Below, in pieces: positions 36,258 to 44,777 of a DNA stretch of 64,000 bases. Each line of letters begins with the position of its first letter. Positions within the stretch are counted from its first letter, which is position 1. The notes under the pieces were generated by a model, which saw nothing but the letters and a program-made list of their open reading frames with translations, did not search any database and was not told the DNA's origin. Source of the DNA: an uncultured Mageeibacillus sp. (GTDB lineage: Bacteria > Bacillota > Clostridia > Saccharofermentanales > Saccharofermentanaceae); assembly GCA_964579245.1 (NCBI GenBank), contig CAZOFY010000002.1:5081-69080 (forward strand), given 5' to 3'. The position numbers and the translations under genes were made by a program.

Positions 36258-37370
36258 TTACATACTGTCGCCGTGTATAGGCGGTCTCTCCAGCATGTAG
36301 AACCCCTGTTGCAGGCCATATTCAAAAGATACCGACGCCTGGTCGATTTCGTGCTGCGTTCTCGGCGGAGAAAGCGGATAAATTCCTCTCCACGTATTCC
36401 GCCCCTCGTTTTTGGACATATACATCGCCTGATCCGCGAGATTCACATGTTGCTCGACGGATAATGACGTTGCTTCCTTCGGGTACAGCGGGAATGGTAC
36501 ATAGCCGACACTGCAGGTCACAGGACGCTTCTTCTGCGTCTTTGGGTCCTCAACAAAGACCGACTCCGAAAACTCACGCCTTACCTTCTCAGCTAACTGA
36601 GAAAAGTGCATAGGAAAGCTCAGACAGGCGATAATGAGAAATTCCTCTCCTCCGTTTCGCACGACTACGCCCTCAGAGCCGATCGCTGATCGTAATGTCT
36701 TCCCGACCTGCCGTAAAACCTGGTCACCGTAGGCGTGTCCGAACTCATCGTTAATCCGTTTAAAATGATCGATATCAATCAGGTAAATACCATACGAATA
36801 GCTGTTGATTGTTTGAGGTAGGTTTGAATTTGACAGGGAACAAAGCATTTGGGTTTTGAGAATATCCATGATTGCCTGCGCAAAATACTTGCGGTTGAAG
36901 CACCCGGTCATCTCGTCAAAATATCTGTCTTGCGTCGCGTCCTCAATATAATCATGAACCAGATCCGCCCACGATTCCCTGGGTGAATACAGGTCAAATA
37001 TTTGTCTCTTACCGCCGCGAAGATATAAATCTGCCTGTTTGGATAATCCCCGTATACCTGATGCCTTCTCTACTTCACCCAGAAGATCCTTTACCGGGAA
37101 GTAGATAATCCGTTCATAAAGAACCGTCAACATGAGCGTCATGAGAAGAGAATTGAGTAAAGTACTGATGATAATCGTTCCGACAATCGATTGTTGAAGC
37201 AGAATCATAGCACCCCAATCAACAAATATCGGGAGCCCCATGTAGAAACAACTGAATAAGTAGGTAAAAAAGCCAACTAAAAGGGAGAATAAAAAGATAC
37301 AGGAAAAAAGGAAAGCTGCCGCTTGCCACATTGCGTCCCAAGATCCAAACGCCATTTTTCTTTTTTTCAT
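36258..37370 (-). CDS. Membrane-bound diguanylate cyclase (GGDEF domain, GGEEF active site)
   Basis: Four predicted N-terminal TM helices. GGDEF domain with DIDHFKRINDEFGH and RNGGEEF. I see no RxxD I-site five residues upstream. ATG 37370 (MKKRKMAF) follows GGGAGGACAGAGG. Confidence 0.85.
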   Translation of the reverse strand: MKKRKMAFGSWDAMWQAAAFLFSCIFLFSLLVGFFTYLFSCFYMGLPIFVDWGAMILLQQSIVGTIIISTLLNSLLMTLMLTVLYERIIYFPVKDLLGEVEKASGIRGLSKQADLYLRGGKRQIFDLYSPRESWADLVHDYIEDATQDRYFDEMTGCFNRKYFAQAIMDILKTQMLCSLSNSNLPQTINSYSYGIYLIDIDHFKRINDEFGHAYGDQVLRQVGKTLRSAIGSEGVVVRNGGEEFLIIACLSFPMHFSQLAEKVRREFSESVFVEDPKTQKKRPVTCSVGYVPFPLYPKEATSLSVEQHVNLADQAMYMSKNEGRNTWRGIYPLSPPRTQHEIDQASVSFEYGLQQGFYMLERPPIHGDSM

Positions 37371-37628
37371 GAATAACCTCTGTCCTCCCGTTACGTATGA
37401 GGTCACATTGATTTATTTCTTGATTTTATCACTATTTCTGATTATTTGCAGGTAAATATGTACTATTTATGACATTTTGCCTTGTTTTTCGACCGAATTC
37501 ACAATTTATTTATATGTGCAGAACAGGTAAAACGTGGTATTATTTTTTTAGTCTGCGCAGGTATGGATAGATGGATTTTTATGCCATTATTCTTGCAAAT
37601 TACATTAATTTTTCAGGAGGAAAAAATC

Positions 37629-38879
37629 ATGTCCATGTTGAAAGGGAATCTTATGTTTGGCCAGTCAGGCGGCCCTACGTCTGTCATCAACGCCTCAGCT
37701 GCCGGCGTTTTTATTGAGGCATTGAAGCACGCTGATGCTATCGAGAAGGTATACGGCGCTGCTAACGGAATTGTCGGCATTTTGAACGAGAAGTTCTATG
37801 ATATCGGACAGGAGGATCCCGCTGAGCTTGAACTTCTGAAGTATACACCCTCTTCGAGCCTCGGATCCTGCCGCTACAAACTGGCGAACGCTGATGTTGA
37901 CGATACCGATTACAAGCGTATCCTCGAAGTTTTCAAAAAGTATAATATTCGTTATTTCTTTTATAACGGCGGTAATGATTCGATGGACACCTGCAACAAG
38001 ATCTCAAAGTACATGCAGAAGGCAGGTTATGATTGTCGTGTCATGGGCGTTCCGAAGACAATCGACAATGACTTGTTTGGAACAGATCATTGCCCTGGCT
38101 TCTCCTCAGCTGCTAAGTATATCGCTACCACCACAATGGAAGTATACGAAGACGCACGTGTCTATGACACCGGTATGATCTGTGTCATAGAGGTCATGGG
38201 ACGTCACGCAGGATGGCTCACCGCCGCAACCGCTCTTGCTGCTCATAAGGGGCATGGTCCGGATCTGATCTATCTTCCCGAAATTGATTTCGATCTGGAT
38301 AAGATGCTGGTTGATGTCAAGGATATCTATGCCAAGACAAAGAAGGTCATTATTGCCGTTTCCGAAGGCGTTCAGACAAAAGACGGCAAATTCATTCCTG
38401 AATTAGTGGCAACGGAAGATGTTGCTGTCGATTCTTTCGGACACAAGCAATTAGGAGGAACCGCCACTGTTCTTGCTGAGTATCTCAAGAAGGAGATCGG
38501 GTGCAAGGTACGCGGAATCGAGCTTTCTCTGATGCAGCGCTGCGCGTCTCACTGTGCCTCTAAGTCTGACTATGAAGAATCCTTCCTGGCCGGTCAGACA
38601 GCTGTTCTAAAGGCTCTTGAGGGCATGACAGACTACATGGTGGGCTTCGAGCGTGCCGAGGGTGATTCCTATGTCTGCAATATCAAGATGATCCCACTCA
38701 GTGAAGTTGCAAACACAGAGAAAAAGGTTCCTCTTGAATGGATCAACGAGTCCGGCAACAACGTAACAGAGGATTACATTCGTTATGCACTTCCTCTCAT
38801 CGCGGGAGAAACCGAGCAACCGAAGGAAGATGGTCTTCCTCGTTTTGCCTCTCTTAAGAAGGTTCTCGCTACGAAATAA
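37629..38879 (+). CDS. 6-phosphofructokinase (long clostridial type; ATP versus PPi dependence not resolvable by eye)
   Basis: FGQSGGPTSVINAS, YNGGNDSMDT, PKTIDNDL, MGRHAGWL. AGGAGG lies 8 nt upstream of ATG 37629; the track start 37482 is an upstream TTG. Confidence 0.88.
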   Translation: MSMLKGNLMFGQSGGPTSVINASAAGVFIEALKHADAIEKVYGAANGIVGILNEKFYDIGQEDPAELELLKYTPSSSLGSCRYKLANADVDDTDYKRILEVFKKYNIRYFFYNGGNDSMDTCNKISKYMQKAGYDCRVMGVPKTIDNDLFGTDHCPGFSSAAKYIATTTMEVYEDARVYDTGMICVIEVMGRHAGWLTAATALAAHKGHGPDLIYLPEIDFDLDKMLVDVKDIYAKTKKVIIAVSEGVQTKDGKFIPELVATEDVAVDSFGHKQLGGTATVLAEYLKKEIGCKVRGIELSLMQRCASHCASKSDYEESFLAGQTAVLKALEGMTDYMVGFERAEGDSYVCNIKMIPLSEVANTEKKVPLEWINESGNNVTEDYIRYALPLIAGETEQPKEDGLPRFASLKKVLATK

Positions 38880-38927
38880 ACTTCAATGCAGCATCGAACC
38901 GGCCTCATACCTGATGAGTGAATGATG

Positions 38928-38969
38928 ACACCCCGGATATTGAACGATGAAGTTCAATATCCGGGGTGT
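38928..38969. terminator. Perfect 18-bp hairpin between convergent genes (probable bidirectional terminator)
   Basis: ACACCCCGGATATTGAAC-GATGAA-GTTCAATATCCGGGGTGT. There is no clear U-tract on either strand. Confidence 0.6.
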
Positions 38970-38987
38970 TACTTGTTGGTACGATAT

Positions 38988-39803
38988 TCAGTCTTCTTCT
39001 CTGCGTTTTGACTTATTGAAACGGGGTTTATCCGTCGTTCTTCCCTGGCCTACTGCTTTTCTCGTGGACGGAGAAGGTCTGGATGCAGGTCTTCTTGAAG
39101 ACATATCTTTTTTTGCGGGAGTCACGGATTTCTTCACTACTCGAGATTGGACTTTGCTTCTCTCATCTGCAATTTCCGCTGGTTTTCTTCCCTTTGTTCT
39201 TCTCTGAAGCGCCTCCTTAGAGGCAACCGAGTATCCGAAAAAGCCAAGATATTCTCCGACTCTATAATACTCTCCATGAGAAAAGACGACGAGCTTGGCT
39301 TCATCGAGAGCCAGTTTACCGGACTTCTTGAACAATGAATTGTTCGCTGTGACTGCCACGATACGAGCCGTGAACAGGTCGTGAGAGCCAAGGGGGACAC
39401 AGGACTCCACCTTACAGGAAATGGATACGGGAGCCTCATCGATCGCCGGCGCATAAACAAGTCCCTCTGCCGCTGTTTTCGTAAGTGACATGGAAGCAAA
39501 CTTGTCCTCATCTCTTCCGGAACGAACGCCGCAGTAATCGCAGGCCCGAAGAAGATCCTCCGAAACAAGGTTTATGACAAATTCCTTGGTATCGGAAATC
39601 AATTTGTGGGAATGTCTGCTTGGACGAATGGCAATACTGACCATCGGAGGTTCGGAATTAATCGTGCCCGCCCAAGCAATGGTAATGATATTCGCCCTTT
39701 CAAGAGGCTGAGCAGGGTGCATGCCTGCGCATGAGACCATGACGACAGGAACAGGATTCAACAAGGTTGACGGTGGCATACTCTTTTTTTCAGATTTCGG
39801 CAT
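38988..39803 (-). CDS. Flavin reductase-like (FMN-binding split-barrel) protein with about 75-aa Lys/Arg/Ser/Pro-rich C-terminal tail
   Basis: N-terminal 190 aa: LLNPVPVVMVSC...NIITIAWAGTINSEPPMVSIAIRPSRHSHKLI...FVINL...CGVRSGRDEDKF is typical of Flavin_Reduct. Tail: RRTKGRKPAEIADERSKVQSRVVKKSVTPAKKDMSSRRPASRPSPSTRKAVGQGRTTDKPRFNKSKRREED. Confidence 0.75.
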   Translation of the reverse strand: MPKSEKKSMPPSTLLNPVPVVMVSCAGMHPAQPLERANIITIAWAGTINSEPPMVSIAIRPSRHSHKLISDTKEFVINLVSEDLLRACDYCGVRSGRDEDKFASMSLTKTAAEGLVYAPAIDEAPVSISCKVESCVPLGSHDLFTARIVAVTANNSLFKKSGKLALDEAKLVVFSHGEYYRVGEYLGFFGYSVASKEALQRRTKGRKPAEIADERSKVQSRVVKKSVTPAKKDMSSRRPASRPSPSTRKAVGQGRTTDKPRFNKSKRREED

Positions 39804-39824
39804 AATATTCTCCTTAATGATGGA

Positions 39825-40976
39825 TTATTTTTTGGGTATATCTCGAAAAAAACCAAAAATCTCATGTTCGAGAAGAAATTCCTTATTCGCAACACCGCCG
39901 GAAAATCCTACCAGACGGCCATTTTTCCCGATTACGCGATGGCATGGAACAAGAATCGGGATGGGATTCTCCGAACAAGCAGAGCCGACCGCACGGGAAA
40001 GATTTCTTGCTGCAACACGGTCGTTCCCTGTCAGTGTCATAGCTACATCCTCGTAACTAACGGTAGAACCGTATGGGATCCGTTGAAGCTCCGCCCAAAC
40101 ATGTCTTTGAAAATCACTTCCAAACGGGAAATGGATTTTTACGGAAAAGCTTGTTCTTGCTTTTGAAAAATATTCCTTCAGCTCACGGGCGGCCTTAGCG
40201 ATCTCGTCAGGGCAAGAGGAACAGCCGTTCAAATACGCAGGATCTCCACTTTTTTTCAGGACGCCGTAAGCATCAGCTACACCGATTCGTATGGCGACTA
40301 ATCTTTCATAGGGGTCATTGATCTCCTCCTCGTACTGATAAAAGTGAATCCCTTCCACGTAATGATTTCTGCCCTTAATAGATAGAACTCCCTGTTGATA
40401 GGCAACAAAGGCAACGCCATAATCCGGATATTCGGACGCAAGCAATGTGAATAATCCGCCATCCTGAAAAACTCCGTCCAGGCATAATGCCTCATCTAAA
40501 ACCGCCTCCTGCACCATCCCGCAGTCGAGAAGAATATCAGCAAAGTCGTGCTCAAAGGCAGGAAGAATCACGCTGACTCTATGAAGCTGCAGGGTGAAAA
40601 ACGCCAGCCGAAGCATGGCATCGACAATTTTATGCTGCATTGAGGCAAGAGAATGTCCCGACTTTGAATCGTCTGATTCGGCCACGTCCGGTGACTGTCT
40701 TCCCTTCGTCTCACTATCCGGTTGTGACGAGGCGAAAAAAATCTCAACGTAGGTGCTTTTATGTACAGGGTGTATCTGATCAAAAACCAGAAGGGCCAGA
40801 GGATTTTTCTCCGTATCATCAGACACGGAAGCCAGGTATAATGCAGCTCGGGGATCAGAAAGCTTGTCGCGAATCATATCGGTAATATCCTGGAGCTTTC
40901 CCGAACAAATTCCGGTAGAACGCAATCTTTGCGAGTCCATAATTCGTAACGGTGACAACATGATATCCGTTTGCAT
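39825..40976 (-). CDS. GNAT-like domain fused to methylated-DNA--protein-cysteine methyltransferase (Ogt/MGMT)
   Basis: C-terminal Ogt core (FQRHVWAELQRIPYGSTVSYEDVA...NPIPILVPCHRVIGKNGRLVGFSGG) with the active-site PCHR motif. The N-terminal roughly 190 aa carry a RimJ/RimL-like GNAT tail pattern (LQLHRVSVILPAFEHDFADILLDCGMVQEAVLDEALCLDGVFQDGGLFTLL). Confidence 0.75.
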   Translation of the reverse strand: MQTDIMLSPLRIMDSQRLRSTGICSGKLQDITDMIRDKLSDPRAALYLASVSDDTEKNPLALLVFDQIHPVHKSTYVEIFFASSQPDSETKGRQSPDVAESDDSKSGHSLASMQHKIVDAMLRLAFFTLQLHRVSVILPAFEHDFADILLDCGMVQEAVLDEALCLDGVFQDGGLFTLLASEYPDYGVAFVAYQQGVLSIKGRNHYVEGIHFYQYEEEINDPYERLVAIRIGVADAYGVLKKSGDPAYLNGCSSCPDEIAKAARELKEYFSKARTSFSVKIHFPFGSDFQRHVWAELQRIPYGSTVSYEDVAMTLTGNDRVAARNLSRAVGSACSENPIPILVPCHRVIGKNGRLVGFSGGVANKEFLLEHEIFGFFRDIPKK

Positions 40977-40988
40977 ACTATCCCCCCT

Positions 40989-42545
40989 CTATATCGACTG
41001 CTTTGATTCAGTCGACATGTCAGTCAAAAGCTGTTCTATATCCGCATCTGGCAGCATCATCTTCGGAACGTACTTCTCAAGGAGTTTCTCGATGAACTGT
41101 GTTGTATCCTCTTCATTCGTATGAGGATTATAGATAGCCGTCCCCATGTCCTTCTTCCACTCAATCAGTCGGTCCCCGTAAGTCTGGTTCTCCAGAATCA
41201 ATCGCCAAACGGCATCAGAGGTTAATACGGGAAGGAATCCGGCGCGGTTTTCCAGTCTGTCAGTCAAAAGGACCGCATCCTCATCCGATGCAAGAAAAGC
41301 GGCAAATTCCGAAGCAAGTTCTGGATTTTTGGCGTCTGCGGAAACACACAAGGGATATACAGTTAGGGCTAACGGAGACACACTCCCATCTGTTTCAGAT
41401 GGAATCTTTGTAATCGTCACGTCTGGAAGTGCTGTGCTCCAATAGGGAATGTCAAATGACGATCCTACCCACGCTGCCACCCGTCCGGATATTCTCGGGT
41501 CGACATTGCCAAATTCTTTCGCTTGTTCATCAGGCAAGAGTGCTTCTACCGAGAAATATTTCTGACCCGAGTATATCTGAAAAAATGATGCTGTCTTTTG
41601 AAAAGCTTCCGATCTGAAATGAAAAACATGATCGTCGTATACAAACCATTTAGCATTTACGTCATAAGCATTTGGTAAAACAGGAAGCAGGCTACTTGGA
41701 TCATAAAGAGCATAAAAAGGTTTCTGATCCACTTGATCCTCAGTACCGGCATTCATTGTAGCGACATCCGCAGAAATGAGCTCCAAGGTCGGTATAGTCA
41801 GGGAAAAAGGAAGAAACTCTTTGCCGGATGCTTTTGTCACTTCCTGATTCCAAAACATAAGTTTAGCCGAAGCGGCATAAGGAATCCCGTACAAAGAGCT
41901 CCCTATATAGCAGGTAGAAATCATGTCGGGGTATATCTTCTCCGGAGTGATGGTAGTAACAGAAGCCAGGTGTTTGTCGATCGGAATAATTCGATCCTTT
42001 TCGAAAAAAGGGCTGAGAGAATTCACATAAAGGATATCCGTAAAAATATTGTCATTTCTCCAGGTCTCGACCATGCTAAAGGTTGCCCCCGTAGAGGGAG
42101 TCTGAATCACGTCCACCAGAAATTCCGGTTCAATCGCCAATAGGAAGTCCGTCGTGATGGTGCTTCCTGTTTCTCCTTTTGGAAATAGCCCCTGCTTCTT
42201 TGCAATATAAAGCAAAGAAAGATATTTCGCGGTCTCTGAAGAAATGGGTGCCGCAACACGAATAACTTCGGTATTATCAGACAGAGCGGTTGTTGCGGAA
42301 GGTTCTGTGTCCAACGAGGACTCTGTCTCCTCCTCCGAATCTGAAAAAGAGACAGACGGATACGTGGCCGTCTGTGAAACAGCGCAGGAAGGAAGAAGGA
42401 GCAGAAAGACCAATATCAAACTGCATAGGGCAGCCAAACGCAACTTGAGAACGTATAACAAAGAAGTCGACGTCTCTCCATGTATCACCTTGAACAGCTT
42501 GCTGACCGAATCTCTCTGTTTCAATGGAACCACCTTCATATGCAC
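40989..42545 (-). CDS. Extracellular solute-binding-type lipoprotein (orphan: no permease or ATPase genes adjacent)
   Basis: Lipobox LLLLPSCAV and an acidic Ser/Thr/Glu linker, then about 420 aa resembling family-1 ABC substrate-binding proteins. This assignment is by overall pattern only. Confidence 0.5.
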   Translation of the reverse strand: MHMKVVPLKQRDSVSKLFKVIHGETSTSLLYVLKLRLAALCSLILVFLLLLPSCAVSQTATYPSVSFSDSEEETESSLDTEPSATTALSDNTEVIRVAAPISSETAKYLSLLYIAKKQGLFPKGETGSTITTDFLLAIEPEFLVDVIQTPSTGATFSMVETWRNDNIFTDILYVNSLSPFFEKDRIIPIDKHLASVTTITPEKIYPDMISTCYIGSSLYGIPYAASAKLMFWNQEVTKASGKEFLPFSLTIPTLELISADVATMNAGTEDQVDQKPFYALYDPSSLLPVLPNAYDVNAKWFVYDDHVFHFRSEAFQKTASFFQIYSGQKYFSVEALLPDEQAKEFGNVDPRISGRVAAWVGSSFDIPYWSTALPDVTITKIPSETDGSVSPLALTVYPLCVSADAKNPELASEFAAFLASDEDAVLLTDRLENRAGFLPVLTSDAVWRLILENQTYGDRLIEWKKDMGTAIYNPHTNEEDTTQFIEKLLEKYVPKMMLPDADIEQLLTDMSTESKQSI

Positions 42546-42573
42546 GCTTCTCTCACAACGTATCTCCTTATCG

Positions 42574-43242
42574 CTAAAAATGAAAACGTCGTTTCAGTTC
42601 GCTTCTTACTGTTTTTTCTCCAAATATCATTGTACCGGCCAGCGAAGCAAGAGATATGCCGGCCGAGATGATCGGAATAATCGGGAAATGAATAACATTC
42701 ATCATATACAGGATAACCGGAACAAATCCCAAAAGACCGATCATAATCTGATAGATGACATAGTTATGCCAATCAAGTCGATTCACGATGATAACAATCA
42801 GGACGACGATATTCGCCAGGCTTAGGATATTGGGCACAACGTAATTGACAGCCCAGCCCGTATATCCGATTACATAATCAATTACAACCAGAAGCGCAGA
42901 CGCACATATGGCCTGAACAAGGATCTTAGATGCAAGATTGGCGTGGTTCTTCACAGCAAAAATGATCGCTGCCCAAAAGTAGATAATAGCCGCCGTTGTT
43001 ATCAAGGACCACAGAACACCGTTGTAAAAAAAATAATTGATCAATATGGAGACAACCCCGGCAACGATGGAGAAAAAGAGAATGATTCGCTTGAAAATCG
43101 TAAAGCTGCGAAGATTCGATTCCGTATCCGGATAAGTAGGCTCACCAGGAATACCGTCTTTCTCACAAAGCACGGATTTACAAAGCGGACAAATTGTGGC
43201 GTCATCCAAAATATTGACATGGCATCGATTACAGGTTTTCAT
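42574..43242 (-). CDS. Zinc-ribbon plus polytopic membrane protein of unknown function
   Basis: N-terminal CxxC...CxxC (CNRCHVNILDDATICPLCKS) followed by about six TM helices. The start overlaps the upstream gene by 14 nt. Confidence 0.6.
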   Translation of the reverse strand: MKTCNRCHVNILDDATICPLCKSVLCEKDGIPGEPTYPDTESNLRSFTIFKRIILFFSIVAGVVSILINYFFYNGVLWSLITTAAIIYFWAAIIFAVKNHANLASKILVQAICASALLVVIDYVIGYTGWAVNYVVPNILSLANIVVLIVIIVNRLDWHNYVIYQIMIGLLGFVPVILYMMNVIHFPIIPIISAGISLASLAGTMIFGEKTVRSELKRRFHF

Positions 43243-44524
43243 AATACACTCCGTTGCTCTCTATGGACACGTCCAGCCCTTCAGAAGATAACGCCCGAAA
43301 AAATGCACGTTGAATATATGCTTCTTGATGTCTAGAGGTAAATGTCACATCAAGCTTGTTGCCAAAAGAGCAGACACCGCATTTAAAGGGCTCCTTGTTC
43401 GCGACGTTGATCAGGACACTGAAGCTGTCAATGAATTCGGTATACTTTTCCGGGACGGATATACTTCCTAGATTTGACAACGTTGTCGTATGTGATTCAT
43501 ACGACAGTAAGTATCCGATCTTCAAAGCAATATTTTTAATGAAAAGAGGCAAAAACCTCAGAACGATATTCTGTCCCATACTGACATTTCCCGCTATTTT
43601 CTGGATAAAAAGGTCCTTCGACATTTGATTCTTGAACTGATCACAAACCTCACGAAGAACATCTTCAAAGGTCGGCTCTGCCTCTGTGAAGCGATAACCG
43701 ATAGAGACGGATGAAAAGAAATTCATCGTTGATGTCGAATCAAAAAAAGGCCGCAGATTCACTGGTACAAACAGCTTAACAGGGTGCTTGGAAGGTTGCC
43801 GGTTCATGTTGCCCTGATAGATACTCCAGATCAATACAGCCGAGAGAAATTGTGAGATGGTGACGCCACGTTTCCGGCAAAGCGCAAGGAGCTCATCAAC
43901 TTTTATATAGCCATGAATCACTCCGGTAGAATACAGTGGCAACTTCTCTCCTTTGATTTGATAAGATTTCTCGGTAAACAGCGGACTCTTTTCCGATTTC
44001 TTAAAATTCTTGAGATAACTGTCTTCCGAATCCGCTGTTACATCAGCAACAGGTATCATGATCTGCGTTGCTTTATTCCCTGGCGTATTTACCAGACGAA
44101 GATAGCAAAGCGTCAGTTCTTTAAGAAAGTTGATTGCGACAGTTCCGTCAGAGAGTGCATGGAAAACTTCCAAGCTGATTCTCTTCTTATAGTAAATAAC
44201 CCGAAATAATAAATGTGAATTATTAACCGGATCGATATATCCGCACGGGCTGGTTTTCTCTTCCGTTACCAAAGGTCTTTTCCGGTTCGATTCAAAATAA
44301 TACCAAAAAAAGCCGTGATGCATCCGTACCAAGAAGCTGTCAAACCAAGGGATAGTGACATCGAGTGCCTTCTGCAAGAGCTCAGGGTCAACGTCCTTCT
44401 TGAGACGGACAGATATTCTATATACGCTGCTAAACGTCCTGTTCGAGATAACGGGAAAGACTGTAGCGGTATTGTCAAGGCGATGCCATTTTGTATCGCT
44501 TCCTGCCTTGGCTATATTCTTCAC
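43229..44524 (-). CDS. Condensation / alcohol-acyltransferase-like HxxxD acyltransferase
   Basis: 431 aa with the catalytic-type motif FHALSDGTVA (HxxxDG) at about one third of the length, as in NRPS C-domain, WS/DGAT and AATase folds. RBS GGAAAGAGGGTGAAG. Confidence 0.6.
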   Translation of the reverse strand: MKNIAKAGSDTKWHRLDNTATVFPVISNRTFSSVYRISVRLKKDVDPELLQKALDVTIPWFDSFLVRMHHGFFWYYFESNRKRPLVTEEKTSPCGYIDPVNNSHLLFRVIYYKKRISLEVFHALSDGTVAINFLKELTLCYLRLVNTPGNKATQIMIPVADVTADSEDSYLKNFKKSEKSPLFTEKSYQIKGEKLPLYSTGVIHGYIKVDELLALCRKRGVTISQFLSAVLIWSIYQGNMNRQPSKHPVKLFVPVNLRPFFDSTSTMNFFSSVSIGYRFTEAEPTFEDVLREVCDQFKNQMSKDLFIQKIAGNVSMGQNIVLRFLPLFIKNIALKIGYLLSYESHTTTLSNLGSISVPEKYTEFIDSFSVLINVANKEPFKCGVCSFGNKLDVTFTSRHQEAYIQRAFFRALSSEGLDVSIESNGVYYENL

Positions 44525-44552
44525 CCTCTTTCCTACGATTCATAACAAGTAT

Positions 44553-44581
44553 ATTATGCACGATATAAGGTTTGATTCCAA
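44553..44581 (-). promoter_or_regulatory. Sigma-A promoter of the five-gene operon 44524 to 38988
   Basis: Minus strand TTGGAA-17 nt-CATAAT, located between the tRNA-Thr terminator and ATG 44524. Confidence 0.6.
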
Positions 44582-44592
44582 CAATGTATAAC

Positions 44593-44624
44593 AAAAAAAA
44601 GATCTGCGATCATAATCGCAGATC
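44593..44624 (-). terminator. Intrinsic terminator after tRNA-Thr
   Basis: Minus strand GATCTGCGAT-TATG-ATCGCAGATC followed by TTTTTTTT. Confidence 0.88.
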
Positions 44625-44628
44625 CTTC

Positions 44629-44703
44629 TGGAGCCGATGGTGAGAATCGAACTCACGACCTATTCATTACGAGTGAATTGCTCTACCCCTGAGCCACATC
44701 GGC
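44629..44703 (-). tRNA. tRNA-Thr (anticodon CGT), CCA encoded
   Basis: Minus strand GCCGATGTGGCTCAGGGGTAGAGCAATTCACTCGTAATGAATAGGTCGTGAGTTCGATTCTCACCATCGGCTCCA. Anticodon loop CTCGTAA. Confidence 0.92.
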
Positions 44704-44748
44704 AACTTGCCGGCGAAATTCTCTTGTCTTTCGCGCGGCACGAATAAA

Positions 44749-44777
44749 ACTATACAAATTCAAAACACTTCTGTCAA
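44749..44777 (-). promoter_or_regulatory. Sigma-A promoter for tRNA-Thr; its -35 box overlaps the mtaD stop codon
   Basis: Minus strand TTGACA-17 nt-TATAGT. The -35 box spans 44772-44777 and the mtaD stop is at 44774-44776. Confidence 0.7.

Noticed and set aside
37407-37628. The 222-nt AT-rich region between the diguanylate cyclase and PFK genes was examined for a c-di-GMP or other riboswitch.
   Set aside because: No GEMM-like conserved segments or stable terminator hairpin. It is most simply a divergent promoter region; only a weak extended -10 (TGGTATTAT) was seen.
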